NCBI GenBank assembly: GCA_030706385.1
Contig: JAUZOQ010000001.1
Location: forward strand, 5,575-69,574
Direction of reading: 5' to 3'
Length of the DNA: 64,000 nucleotides
From: Bacteroidota bacterium
GTDB taxonomy: Bacteria > Bacteroidota > Ignavibacteria > Palsa-1295
The position numbers were made by a program, and so were the translations under genes. This document shows positions 10,566 to 19,890 of the stretch, one piece after another. Numbering within the stretch: the stretch's first letter is position 1; each line of letters starts with the position of its first letter. The notes under the pieces were generated by a model. That model was not told the DNA's origin, ran no database searches, and saw only the letters and a list, made by a program, of their open reading frames with translations.

Positions 10566-10772
10566 AATACTATTTAGTTGTTAATGAAATCTGAAAGGCA
10601 AAACTAGCCGATCAATATCAATGGAGAATTATCGCATTATTTTCTTATCGTCAAGAGAATTCCGGACCATGGGCCTGCATATTAATTACATAATAATTTG
10701 GAGATGTGGGGAAGCATCCTTCCCTTCATGGTGTTTTTTTTCTTCCTATTCCATAAGAACCATCATAAAAAC

Positions 10773-11849
10773 ATGACACAAGAGCAAGAGCAATTCTTAC
10801 AAAAACTTATCGAATGTCCCGGACCATCGAACTATGAGGAGAACGTCCAGAAACTCTGGCGCAGCGAAGTCTCTCCGCTCGTGCCCGAGATTACGATCGA
10901 TCCTCACGGGAATAACGTCGCAACGTTAAAGGGCTCACAGAATATTTCCATCCTCATTGTCGGCCATGCCGATGAGATCGGGCTTATCGTTCGCTACATC
11001 AATAGCGACGGATTTATCTATGTATCGAAAGTCGGCGGAGTCGATCCTGCAATACTTCCTTCCCACAGGGTGAGGATCTTATCATCGAAGACGGGCAAGA
11101 CCGTTCATGGAGTCATAGGCAGAACAGCACCGCATCAATCGAATCCCGATGAGAAGGAAAAGAAGATCACGTACTCCGATATCTGGATCGATATCGGCGC
11201 AAAGGATAAGGCCGAAGCGGAGTCGCTTGTAGGGATAGGTGATGTCGCTATCTATGGCGAGGGCTACCAGCGCCTGAGTGGCACGCGCGCCACTGCACGG
11301 TGTTTCGACAATCGCATCGGCATCTACATCGTGGCAGAAGTCCTGAAGAATCTTTCGAAAAGGAAACAAGAGCTGAAGGCGACTGTCTTCGGAGTAAGTT
11401 CGATCCAGGAAGAGACGGGAGTCTGGGGAGCAGGCAGGGCAGGGTATGCGCTGAATCCGACCCTTGCAATCGCTCTCGATGTTACTCCTTCGACTGACTC
11501 TCCCGGAATCTCCAAAGCATTATGGGGAGAGGTGAATGTTTCGAAAGGCGCAGTATTCAATAAAGGAATCCGCAGCAACAGGAAGATCACGCAGCTCTTT
11601 GTAGAAACTGCCGAGAAGCACAAGATCCCGTACCAGATCGAAGTTGATAACGGCCATACTTCTACCGATGCCGATCCCATCAGCCAGCAGCGCGCAGGAA
11701 TTCCCATCGGAGTTCTGAGTCCTGCAACACGGTACCTGCATTCATCATGCGAAATTCTCGATCTTGACGATCTCGATCATTGCGTGAATCTTTTGACGGA
11801 ATTCATCTTGAATCTCAATGATAAGATGGATTTTCGTAATGGAATGTAA
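10773..11849 (+). CDS. M42 family metallopeptidase (glutamyl aminopeptidase/FrvX-like)
   Basis: Start chosen at ATG 10773 (MTQEQEQFLQKLIE); the upstream part of the track ORF is a hydrophobic artefact. The metal-binding motif IVGHADEIGL matches M42/M20-type peptidases, and the overall length fits. Confidence 0.8.
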   Translation: MTQEQEQFLQKLIECPGPSNYEENVQKLWRSEVSPLVPEITIDPHGNNVATLKGSQNISILIVGHADEIGLIVRYINSDGFIYVSKVGGVDPAILPSHRVRILSSKTGKTVHGVIGRTAPHQSNPDEKEKKITYSDIWIDIGAKDKAEAESLVGIGDVAIYGEGYQRLSGTRATARCFDNRIGIYIVAEVLKNLSKRKQELKATVFGVSSIQEETGVWGAGRAGYALNPTLAIALDVTPSTDSPGISKALWGEVNVSKGAVFNKGIRSNRKITQLFVETAEKHKIPYQIEVDNGHTSTDADPISQQRAGIPIGVLSPATRYLHSSCEILDLDDLDHCVNLLTEFILNLNDKMDFRNGM

Positions 11850-11916
11850 ATGATCTGTTCTTGGCAATAGATCAGGTGCTGAAAATGTTAGTCATTCTTC
11901 ACGAACGATCATCACA

Positions 11917-12303
11917 ATGAAACGAAATCATTTTCTGATCATCACGGCACTTCTTGCCTGGGCATTCGGATTAATGTTTGTTCTGGCACCGGATGCTCTT
12001 GTCAATAATCTCGCTGCTTCCTCACCTGCTGGGTGGAGCAACCTTTCCCTGAACTTAGCAGCAATGTTCTTTGCCGTCGGTTTCATCAATCTCTTCTCCA
12101 GCGGTGACCCCGGCTCGAAAGCACTGAAAGCAGTGATGATGGGTAATATTCTTCTTCATCTTGCCAGCGAAGGATTCGATATCTATAATTACTCCAAAGG
12201 TTATGTGGAGATCTCCAGTATCATGACGGGATCGATCGTTCATATCGCCTTGCTCATCGGATTCATTAACTATCTGGTCAAGATTCCGAAAACACAAAGT
12301 TGA
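11917..12303 (+). CDS. small polytopic membrane protein (3-4 TM), unknown function
   Basis: 128 aa, hydrophobic throughout. Its stop TGA 12301-12303 overlaps the TTG start (12300) of the downstream multicopper oxidase, suggesting co-translation. Confidence 0.45.
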   Translation: MKRNHFLIITALLAWAFGLMFVLAPDALVNNLAASSPAGWSNLSLNLAAMFFAVGFINLFSSGDPGSKALKAVMMGNILLHLASEGFDIYNYSKGYVEISSIMTGSIVHIALLIGFINYLVKIPKTQS

Positions 12304-13991
12304 AACGCAGATCGTTCTTAAAAAGTATTGCCGGAGCGGGAGCCTTCGCCGCGTTGAGCACAAGGCTTCAGCCTCTTTTGGCGAAGCCTGTAGCGGTACA
12401 GAGTCCTCTTGCGCTCAATCCACTTCGGATACCTCAAGTCATCACCGGAGGAAAGCTCAGCGTTGCGCAAACGACGTTTAAGATCTTCCCCGATACCGAT
12501 GCTACTGTTTTTTCGATCAATAATTCGATTCCGGGCCCGACGATCAAATTGAAAAAGGGTGACACGTTCACAGCGAAAATTACAAACAATCTGGCCGAAG
12601 AGACGGTCATCCATTGGCATGGGCTTCATGTCCGCGCAGCAATGGATGGCCATCCGAAGAATGCGATCGCTCCGGGAAGTTCGTTTGATGTTAACTATCC
12701 GATCATTCAGCGAGCCGGCACATTCTTCTATCACTCGCACGCGAACATGAAAACCGCTCGGCAAACCTATCTTGGAATGTCGGGCTGTTTCATAATCGAA
12801 GATGACGAAGAGCTTGCACTTGGTTTACCTTCGGGCGAGTTCGATATTCCGCTTCTTATCCAGGACAAACGATTCGATTCGGGCAAGCAGCTTGAATATG
12901 ATCCGAAGGATTCCGATATGCTTGGCGGTTGGCTCGGAGATACTATCCTCGTGAATGGCACTCCGAATGCCTTTCTTACGGTAGCGCAAACCATGTATCG
13001 GTTTCGTCTCATCAATGGATCGAATGCTCGCGTTTACAAGATCGCCCTCGCCGGAGGAGGATCATTCACCATCATTGGCAACGACGGAGGCCTTTTGGAG
13101 AAACCTGTTGTTGCAAGCTCGGCCATGCTTGCTCCTGCTGAACGGCTGGATATCGTCATTGACTTCTCTTCGCAACCGTTCGGAACGGCCTTTTCGCTTC
13201 AGAGCCTCGCTTTTTCATTCGGAGGTTCGGCAGGATCGGGAAGTGTGCCGCAAGGAGCAGCGCTCGATCTGTTGCAGTTTCAGATCGATAGAACCGGAAC
13301 CCCGGGAAACCCCCTGCCCAGTGTACTCTCGACCATAACGAAATATGATATTGCTGATTCTGTTCGAACGCGCACCTACGAGCTTAATAGTAGTATCTCC
13401 GGACATTACATTAATTTCAAGAACTACGATCTCAATACGATCGATCAGCATGTGAAGTTCGGAGATCTGGAACAGTGGTCCTTTATTAATGAAAGCGAGC
13501 AGATCCATCCCATGCACGTCCATGGCACGCAATTTCAAGTTCTCGATCGGGATGGAAGTCCGCCCGAAGCGTATGAGATGGGTTGGAAGGATGTTATTCG
13601 TCTCGATTCCAGCGGCCGAGTCAACGTGTTGGTACGCTTCGCCGAGTATACGGGAGTCTATCTTGTCCATTGCCATAACCTTGAGCATGAAGATATGGGA
13701 ATGATGGCAAATTTCCAGGTAGAGTCAACCGGAGGAGTCAGCGAAGAAGAAGCTGCTCTTGGAGCGTTGACGATAACTCCGAATCCTGCAAGTGTGCGTG
13801 CGACTTTGAGCTTCCCTCCACTAGCACGTGAATCTCTCCTTCAAATTACGGATGACAAGGGTGCTCTTCAATTTAGCACCATGCTTCCGCCTGAGTTCGA
13901 AAGCTACGAGCTTGTCACATCGCATTTTGCTGCCGGATCGTATTTCGTTTCTATCGGAGGGCGGAGGGCGAAACTCGTGATCGTGCATTGA
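12300..13991 (+). CDS. multicopper oxidase (laccase/CueO-like) with Tat signal peptide and T9SS C-terminal sorting domain
   Basis: Twin-arginine motif at the N-terminus (MKRRSFLKSIAGAGAFAALS). Four copper-binding His clusters (HWHGLHV, FFYHSHANM, HPMHVHG, HCHNLEHEDMGMM). The C-terminal ~75 aa (LTITPNPASVRATLSFP...SYFVSIGG) resembles Por_Secre_tail. Confidence 0.85.
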   Translation: MKRRSFLKSIAGAGAFAALSTRLQPLLAKPVAVQSPLALNPLRIPQVITGGKLSVAQTTFKIFPDTDATVFSINNSIPGPTIKLKKGDTFTAKITNNLAEETVIHWHGLHVRAAMDGHPKNAIAPGSSFDVNYPIIQRAGTFFYHSHANMKTARQTYLGMSGCFIIEDDEELALGLPSGEFDIPLLIQDKRFDSGKQLEYDPKDSDMLGGWLGDTILVNGTPNAFLTVAQTMYRFRLINGSNARVYKIALAGGGSFTIIGNDGGLLEKPVVASSAMLAPAERLDIVIDFSSQPFGTAFSLQSLAFSFGGSAGSGSVPQGAALDLLQFQIDRTGTPGNPLPSVLSTITKYDIADSVRTRTYELNSSISGHYINFKNYDLNTIDQHVKFGDLEQWSFINESEQIHPMHVHGTQFQVLDRDGSPPEAYEMGWKDVIRLDSSGRVNVLVRFAEYTGVYLVHCHNLEHEDMGMMANFQVESTGGVSEEEAALGALTITPNPASVRATLSFPPLARESLLQITDDKGALQFSTMLPPEFESYELVTSHFAAGSYFVSIGGRRAKLVIVH

Positions 13992-14001
13992 AGATAATGT
14001 G

Positions 14002-14050
14002 AAGCCTCTGCCACAGGATTGCAGCAGAGGCTTACTGGTTGTTGTCCTTC
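14002..14050. terminator. bidirectional hairpin terminator between convergent genes
   Basis: Perfect 10-bp stem AAGCCTCTGC...GCAGAGGCTT (14002-14033) with a 12-nt loop, followed by a U-rich tract. It lies between the multicopper-oxidase stop (13991) and the stop of the minus-strand gene at 14058. Confidence 0.5.
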
Positions 14051-14057
14051 TATAGTA

Positions 14058-14648
14058 TTAACGGGAGAAAAGGAAATCACCGCTTGCGCCTGCATGGCAA
14101 GTTGCGCATTGTGCTTGCAGCCTTCCGCGCAAGCTGGTTTTTGTCAGATCCGGCGCAGTTGAAGTCGATGTATCAGCCGGAAGCAATCCGAAGGGATGAG
14201 CTTTGTAATCCGTTGTAGCATTGTAGGGTATCTTAATGTATTCCCAATCATTGCCTGCTGGATAGTATCCTGCTTCCCTCTTGACCATGACGACGAAGTT
14301 AATGACGCTATCGCGCTTCGGGTAGGAGGTTGAGGAGATGTAATATGCCTTACGGATGAAGATATCGCCTTCGCTTACTGAGGTTGATTTCGTAATACTT
14401 GCGAAGAGATCGCGCAGCTTATGCTTTACGGTCAATGTGTCGTTGACGGCTGTGAAGGCATTGGAAGCATCGTCTCCGGTAATTCCGGAATCGAGCCTCA
14501 TGGTCACATTATCCAATTCAGCTTGCGTGATGGTGCCTGTCCGGGGAGTCGTGCTTGTCGAATCGCTCTTGCATCCGGCTGCGAAAATTATCACCGCTGC
14601 TAGCAGAACAAGCGAAATAAAGATAGGTAGAATGGTTTTTGGGTTCAT
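14058..14648 (-). CDS. haem-c lipoprotein, cytochrome P460 / cytochrome c'-beta-like family (paralogue 1)
   Basis: Signal peptide plus lipobox (IIFAAGC), 196 aa, with a single CXXCH motif close to the C-terminus (QCATCHAGASGDFLF). This placement and the following hydrophobic DFxF tail recall the cytochrome P460/c'-beta family. Shares a DWEY core with the neighbouring paralogue. Confidence 0.5.
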   Translation of the reverse strand: MNPKTILPIFISLVLLAAVIIFAAGCKSDSTSTTPRTGTITQAELDNVTMRLDSGITGDDASNAFTAVNDTLTVKHKLRDLFASITKSTSVSEGDIFIRKAYYISSTSYPKRDSVINFVVMVKREAGYYPAGNDWEYIKIPYNATTDYKAHPFGLLPADTSTSTAPDLTKTSLRGRLQAQCATCHAGASGDFLFSR

Positions 14649-14729
14649 TGAAGTATCGGTTTTTTAGTGAAAAGATAAAGGTGTCCTCTGCGATCGGTGA
14701 CCGCAAAAAAAACGTATCGGTACAGATGA

Positions 14730-15353
14730 TTATTTATCTAAGAAGAGAAAACCCATGAAGTTTCTCTTTGCATGGCAAGTGCCGCAGTGATCGAGTAGTT
14801 TTCCGCGCGCAACCGGAGCCATTGATGTATCGGCGATATTATCTGCCAATGTCATGGTTGGCAGAATACCGTTGGGATGTATTGAAGTATCGACCGATGC
14901 ATCGATCTTCATATTCACGTATTCCCAGTCTCCGCCATCGGGAAAATACCCGGAGCAATGCTTGATCATTAGCATTACCTTCGTAAGCGTTCGCTGATCG
15001 CGGTGATTCGTATCCGGAATTGCATACGACCTTCTGACATAGATCGCCCCGGTTCCGACCGAATCATTCCGCGCAATGAGATTCTCAAAGACATCTCTCG
15101 ATAGGTACTTTGTAGTCATCGTATCATGACTCTTAAAAAACAGGCTATCGAATGTATCGCCGATTATGCCCGATTTTACATTGAACTCCGAGGCCTTATC
15201 GAGATCGGCCTGCGTCAAGGTATAGTCTGTACAATCTGGAGTTACAGCATTCTGCTCCTTCTTACAGGCATTCAGGCCGAGACCCGAAATGACCAGGAGC
15301 ATTATGCAGAGCCCTACCTTTCTTTCAAATCCGTTAATCGTATAGTTCTTCAT
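14730..15353 (-). CDS. haem-c lipoprotein, cytochrome P460 / cytochrome c'-beta-like family (paralogue 2)
   Basis: Start chosen at ATG 15351-15353 (MKNYTING...LGLNAC lipobox); track ORF 14730..15434 extends further upstream. C-terminal CGTCHAKRNFMGFLF and the GGDWEYVNMKI core are shared with the gene at 14058..14648, making these tandem paralogues. Confidence 0.5.
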   Translation of the reverse strand: MKNYTINGFERKVGLCIMLLVISGLGLNACKKEQNAVTPDCTDYTLTQADLDKASEFNVKSGIIGDTFDSLFFKSHDTMTTKYLSRDVFENLIARNDSVGTGAIYVRRSYAIPDTNHRDQRTLTKVMLMIKHCSGYFPDGGDWEYVNMKIDASVDTSIHPNGILPTMTLADNIADTSMAPVARGKLLDHCGTCHAKRNFMGFLFLDK

Positions 15354-15515
15354 AATGGGGAATAAAAAACGTACAACAACCGTATAGAATACCCATACAT
15401 CTTGTATGTAGTACAAAGTTAGCACATTCAGCATCCGGCTCCAAATTCAATTTATGAGGATTCTTACGATGAAATTTGGCTCCCGCGCGAAGGTATTTAT
15501 GTGTAAGTTTGCATC

Positions 15516-16937
15516 ATGAATTACTTTTTCCAGCTATTGGCATCCCTGGATGAGAGTGAGATCTCAATGCTGGACCTCGCCCGGTACACTCCTACGGAGC
15601 GAAAGATCTACCTCTTCCTGCGCGATCGGATCGGAACTGCCGAAGATCCGGCCGAAGAAGCAACATCATCACTTGCCATTAGTCATAATACCTATTACAA
15701 GAATTGCTCTCTCCTCTTACGAAAAGCCTATGAGACCATTGAGCCGCGAGGAGGACTAGATCTCTTGCACTTTCTGATGAAAAAGAAATTCCTGGTAGCT
15801 GCAGGAATGCGAGAACTTGCTAAGATCGAACGGACAGATGTCCCAGAAATGACTCCCAAAGAAAAGGAGAATTTTTATTTCGCAGTCTTCCACCTACTTC
15901 GCAGCGTTGAGAAGATCGAGATTCCGATGGCCGATTTCCGGAAGTATGGTAAAAAGTGGCTTGCTTCGCGGGTAGAGCCCGATGCTGACGATCCGGTTGC
16001 AATAAAAATCTATCTTGAGCAGCGACAATTCACCAAAGACCTGCGACAAACGACAAAGCGATTCTCTGAAAATTATGTCGGGAAATATCTTGCCTTACTA
16101 AAGGGATATGAAAAGGCTCTTTCTAAAAGTAAGAATGCCTTTGCTCACTTTAACCTTCACACTGCTTATTACAATTATTACTATAATACGCATTCGACGC
16201 CTGAATGCATGAAGCCTCACCTGAAAGCCCTTCTGCACTGGCTTCCAAAGGAGATTGAGAAGGTATTCCCATGGGTTAGACCAGCGCGTGAGCTTGATGA
16301 AGGCACGATCTATGCAATGACCGGAGAGTATGAGAAAGCATTCGAGTTCTACACATCCCATTTTAACGATGGCATCGCTCAGCATGTCTCGATTCGCGTG
16401 CCGAAAGATTACTGCATTTCAGCACTCTATACGGACCATCATGAAACAGCCGAGAAGCTGATCTACAGGATCCATAAGAAAGACATCGAGAAACCCCTGG
16501 AGAACTCTCGCACATCCGTTGCTGCAGAAATGTGGCTGGCATTTCTCTATCTCAATTGGGCAAAATATGAGCTTGTTATTCCTCATCTAAGCAATGCCCT
16601 GCGCAGAAACCGGAAAGGAAGTTATTCTCGCTATAATGAATCGATCCTGCGAGCACTGGAAATTTGTTTCTATTTTCTTACCAAGGACTGGGACTATACC
16701 GAACAGCTGATAACTCGTAATCGACAGTGGCTGCGCCGCAATGAATTCCGGGATCCTAATTCTGAAGAGGTAGTATTCAATGATATCGCCAAAGGGTATC
16801 TGGATCAGATGTTCGAAGGAAAAGCTCCGAATAAAGATCTCGAACAAAAAAAGAACGAGCTTTTCAGAACTGAAGTCAGCGGCTTGATAGGTAAATTCCT
16901 CGATAAGATGAAAGTACTCGCTGCGAGTTCGAAATGA
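15516..16937 (+). CDS. hypothetical alpha-helical protein, possible transcriptional regulator (N-terminal HTH-like segment + TPR-like helical domain)
   Basis: 473 aa, no signal peptide. The N-terminal LDLARYTPTERKIYLFLRDRIG loosely resembles a LuxR/sigma-region-4-type HTH. The rest is predicted helical and rich in W/Y/K. It is divergent from the P460-like pair. No catalytic motif recognised. Confidence 0.4.
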   Translation: MNYFFQLLASLDESEISMLDLARYTPTERKIYLFLRDRIGTAEDPAEEATSSLAISHNTYYKNCSLLLRKAYETIEPRGGLDLLHFLMKKKFLVAAGMRELAKIERTDVPEMTPKEKENFYFAVFHLLRSVEKIEIPMADFRKYGKKWLASRVEPDADDPVAIKIYLEQRQFTKDLRQTTKRFSENYVGKYLALLKGYEKALSKSKNAFAHFNLHTAYYNYYYNTHSTPECMKPHLKALLHWLPKEIEKVFPWVRPARELDEGTIYAMTGEYEKAFEFYTSHFNDGIAQHVSIRVPKDYCISALYTDHHETAEKLIYRIHKKDIEKPLENSRTSVAAEMWLAFLYLNWAKYELVIPHLSNALRRNRKGSYSRYNESILRALEICFYFLTKDWDYTEQLITRNRQWLRRNEFRDPNSEEVVFNDIAKGYLDQMFEGKAPNKDLEQKKNELFRTEVSGLIGKFLDKMKVLAASSK

Positions 16938-16950
16938 GCCGGAGATAATC

Positions 16951-17793
16951 CTACTTCACGATACCTTGAAGCCACAGGATCAGTACTAACCCGCCGAAGA
17001 CGATCCGATAAATCCCAAATCCCGTAAAACTATGGCTGCGCACATATTTGATCAGCCAGCGAACGACAACAAGGGCGGAGATAAAAGCAACTAAGAATCC
17101 AATTGCGAGGATCGACATCATGTCGCTTGAAAGGATATCGCGATGTTTGAAGAGATCATAGATCGTTGCTGCGATCATGATCGGAAAGCTCAGAAGGAAG
17201 CTGAATTCCGTTGCAGCAGTCCGCGTCATACCTCCGGACATACCACCGATGATCGTTGCTCCCGAGCGTGAGACGCCGGGAATAAGAGAAACCACTTGAG
17301 AAAATCCAACGATGAGTGCATCCTTCATCGTCATCGTCTTGATCTCCGTCTTCTGGCGATGAACACTGATAAAACTTTCAACATAGACGATAATGATGCC
17401 TCCGATTATGAGACTGATCGAGACCGTTAGCGGAGAAAAGAGATATTTCGTAATCGTAGAGTGAAAGAGAAATCCGACAACTGCTGCCGGTAAGAATGCA
17501 ATGAAGAGATGGGTCCGCAGCCTCCCTGGTCCCGATTTTGGATCCTTCGCATTCAGAGCCAACCAGAGATCCCGTTTATAGATATAACCAACTGCCAGAA
17601 TTGCTCCGAGTTGAATGACGATTTCGAATAATTCGGCCTTATCCGCACTCTGCAGGGCTTCCTTAAATTGGAGAAAGTGATCGGCAATGATGAGATGTCC
17701 AGTCGAGGAAACGGGGATGAATTCAGTCAGTCCTTCGATGACTCCGAGAATGATCGAGAGCAGCCAGAGCGGTAATGCCATGATTTGTAGCAA
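16951..17793 (-). CDS. uppP: undecaprenyl-diphosphate phosphatase
   Basis: Conserved UppP/BacA motifs (EGLTEFIPVSSTGH; PGVSRSGATI), 8-TM topology, 280 aa. Confidence 0.9.
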   Translation of the reverse strand: MLQIMALPLWLLSIILGVIEGLTEFIPVSSTGHLIIADHFLQFKEALQSADKAELFEIVIQLGAILAVGYIYKRDLWLALNAKDPKSGPGRLRTHLFIAFLPAAVVGFLFHSTITKYLFSPLTVSISLIIGGIIIVYVESFISVHRQKTEIKTMTMKDALIVGFSQVVSLIPGVSRSGATIIGGMSGGMTRTAATEFSFLLSFPIMIAATIYDLFKHRDILSSDMMSILAIGFLVAFISALVVVRWLIKYVRSHSFTGFGIYRIVFGGLVLILWLQGIVK

Positions 17794-17951
17794 TGTGAAA
17801 GTACAAAGTTACGGAATTGAGGCTCAGGGCGCATAGTTTGGGCTTCGAATGGAGAATGCTCATGCAATTTTCTAAACCTTCTCACCGGGTTCGGCGTTTG
17901 TACCGTGCTAAAAATTTCTCTCTCTTTTAAAGAAAGAACAAGATATCATTC

Positions 17952-19784
17952 ATGAATTCCTCGCGCTCGACGACAATAGCCATAGTGCTCATCCTGATCA
18001 TTGTATTCGGCTGGCTGATCCTGAACCAACCGAAACAGAAACCTCAGGCTCCCAAACCTGCTCCGACAGCAGTCGATTCTTCCCAGATCAAGGCAGCCGC
18101 ACCGGTTATTGCGCAGACGAAAGCCGTAGAGCACTCGACCGTTTTTCCGATCGATAGCAATGAATCGAACCAGGTCATCAATATCGAAACACCGCTTGTT
18201 TCAGCAGCGATCTCGGGCAAGGGCGGAAATGTCATCAGCTGGGTTCTGAAGAATTACAAAACGCATGATAAGAAGCCACTCGAACTCGTCGATCAATCTC
18301 CAAACGGGCATTCCGGAGATATCAATCTTCGATTTGTTGCTTCCGATGGCAAGACTGCCAGCACGAAAGATATGGCATTCCGTTTTACGGATTCGTCATC
18401 TCACCGGATCGGCGAAAAGGATTCACTTACTCTGACTGCTATCTGCCGCATCGATTCTGGAGCCTCGATCATTAAGACCTATCATTTCCACGGTGACGAC
18501 TACACCATCGGAATCGATTATCATCTTGTTGGTTTGCAGGGCAAAGTTTCGGGGTATAAATACGGTCTCGTTGTCGATAATGCGCTTCCCTATACAGAAG
18601 CTTCGAGCAATAACGAATCGACTACGGCCAAAGCATTTGCCGGCTTGAAAGCCGGTACCGAAGATATCGATGCGAGCAAGATCGGAGAACCAGTTCGGAA
18701 ATCTTACAATGGAGATCCCGATTTTGTCGCTTCTCGTACGCAATATTTTCTCCAGGCAATGATTCCGGTTTCTCCGAGGCCTGTCGGCACCGATATTACC
18801 GGGCTTGCACGCACAGCTCCCGATGGCGGAAGGATCGAAGAATATAATCTTTCAGTATCCATTCCTATTTCATCGGCCGGTAACGATTCTCTATCGGCGC
18901 GTTATTATCTCGGACCGCTAGAATACAAGCGCTTATCGAACATGACTCCTGCACTCGATAGGACGATGGATTTCGGTTGGAGCTTTCTTGTGCGTCCGAT
19001 CAGCACGTACTTGATGATGCCTCTCTTTATGTTTTTGCATTCCTTCATTTTCAATTGGGGACTCGTCATTATTGTATTCTCCATCGTCGTAAAATCGGTC
19101 ACCTATCCTTTTTCGAGGGGGCAGATGAATTCGATGCGCAAGATGCAGGCGCTGCAACCGAAGATCACGCAGATCAAAGAGGATTATAAAGACGATCAGA
19201 AAAAACAGCAGGAAGAGACATTTAAGATGTACCGGACCTACGGAGTCAACCCTGCCGGAGGCTGTTTGCCTCTTCTCTTGCAGATGCCGATCCTCTTCTC
19301 CCTGTATGCAGTTCTCAGAAATGTTATTGAATTGCGTCAAGCGCCGTTTTTCTCATGGATACAAGATTTATCCGTGCCGGATGGGCTCTTCAAGTTCGGA
19401 ACGAGCATTCCGATCATTGGCAATCAGCTTTCGGGATTAACTCTGCTCATGGGAATTACGATGGTGATTCAATCGGCTCTGACAACGACCGATCCGCGTC
19501 AGAAGAAGATGGCATACATTATGCCGATCATGTTTACGTTCTTATTTAATAATTTGCCTTCCGGAGTTGCGCTCTATTATTTCATGTTCAACATTTTCGG
19601 TATTGCGCAACAATACTACAATAAGAAATTCCTTCCGCCTTTGGATCTCGAGCAGATGAAAGCTACGGCCAGCACAAAGAAGGGCTTCATGTCGCGTATG
19701 CAGGATCTCGAAAAGAATGCACGCCAAACGCGCCAGGCTAACATGGCCGGACAGCTTCCCGGCAAGAAAAAGAAAAAGAGATAA
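17952..19784 (+). CDS. yidC: membrane protein insertase YidC
   Basis: N-terminal TM, a large periplasmic domain, and the conserved C-terminal 5-TM core (NWGLVIIVFSIVVKSVTYP...GGCLPLLLQMPILFSLY) ending in a K-rich tail. Confidence 0.9.
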   Translation: MNSSRSTTIAIVLILIIVFGWLILNQPKQKPQAPKPAPTAVDSSQIKAAAPVIAQTKAVEHSTVFPIDSNESNQVINIETPLVSAAISGKGGNVISWVLKNYKTHDKKPLELVDQSPNGHSGDINLRFVASDGKTASTKDMAFRFTDSSSHRIGEKDSLTLTAICRIDSGASIIKTYHFHGDDYTIGIDYHLVGLQGKVSGYKYGLVVDNALPYTEASSNNESTTAKAFAGLKAGTEDIDASKIGEPVRKSYNGDPDFVASRTQYFLQAMIPVSPRPVGTDITGLARTAPDGGRIEEYNLSVSIPISSAGNDSLSARYYLGPLEYKRLSNMTPALDRTMDFGWSFLVRPISTYLMMPLFMFLHSFIFNWGLVIIVFSIVVKSVTYPFSRGQMNSMRKMQALQPKITQIKEDYKDDQKKQQEETFKMYRTYGVNPAGGCLPLLLQMPILFSLYAVLRNVIELRQAPFFSWIQDLSVPDGLFKFGTSIPIIGNQLSGLTLLMGITMVIQSALTTTDPRQKKMAYIMPIMFTFLFNNLPSGVALYYFMFNIFGIAQQYYNKKFLPPLDLEQMKATASTKKGFMSRMQDLEKNARQTRQANMAGQLPGKKKKKR

Positions 19785-19788
19785 GTAG

Positions 19789-19887
19789 CTGAACCTTGAT
19801 TTTAGGAGATTGTTAGGGTTTACGGGATTTTGATCCGTAATGATCAAGCATACCCGCCGCTAATTATTTCTCACAATCAAGGTTCAG
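19789..19887 (+). promoter_or_regulatory. structured inverted-repeat leader between yidC and mnmE
   Basis: Perfect 13-bp inverted repeat CTGAACCTTGATT (19789-19801) / AATCAAGGTTCAG (19875-19887), bracketing an internal hairpin TACGGgattttgatCCGTA (~19821-19838). The right arm contains the AAGGT Shine-Dalgarno-like sequence 4 nt upstream of the mnmE ATG. Confidence 0.35.
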
Positions 19888-19890
19888 AGA

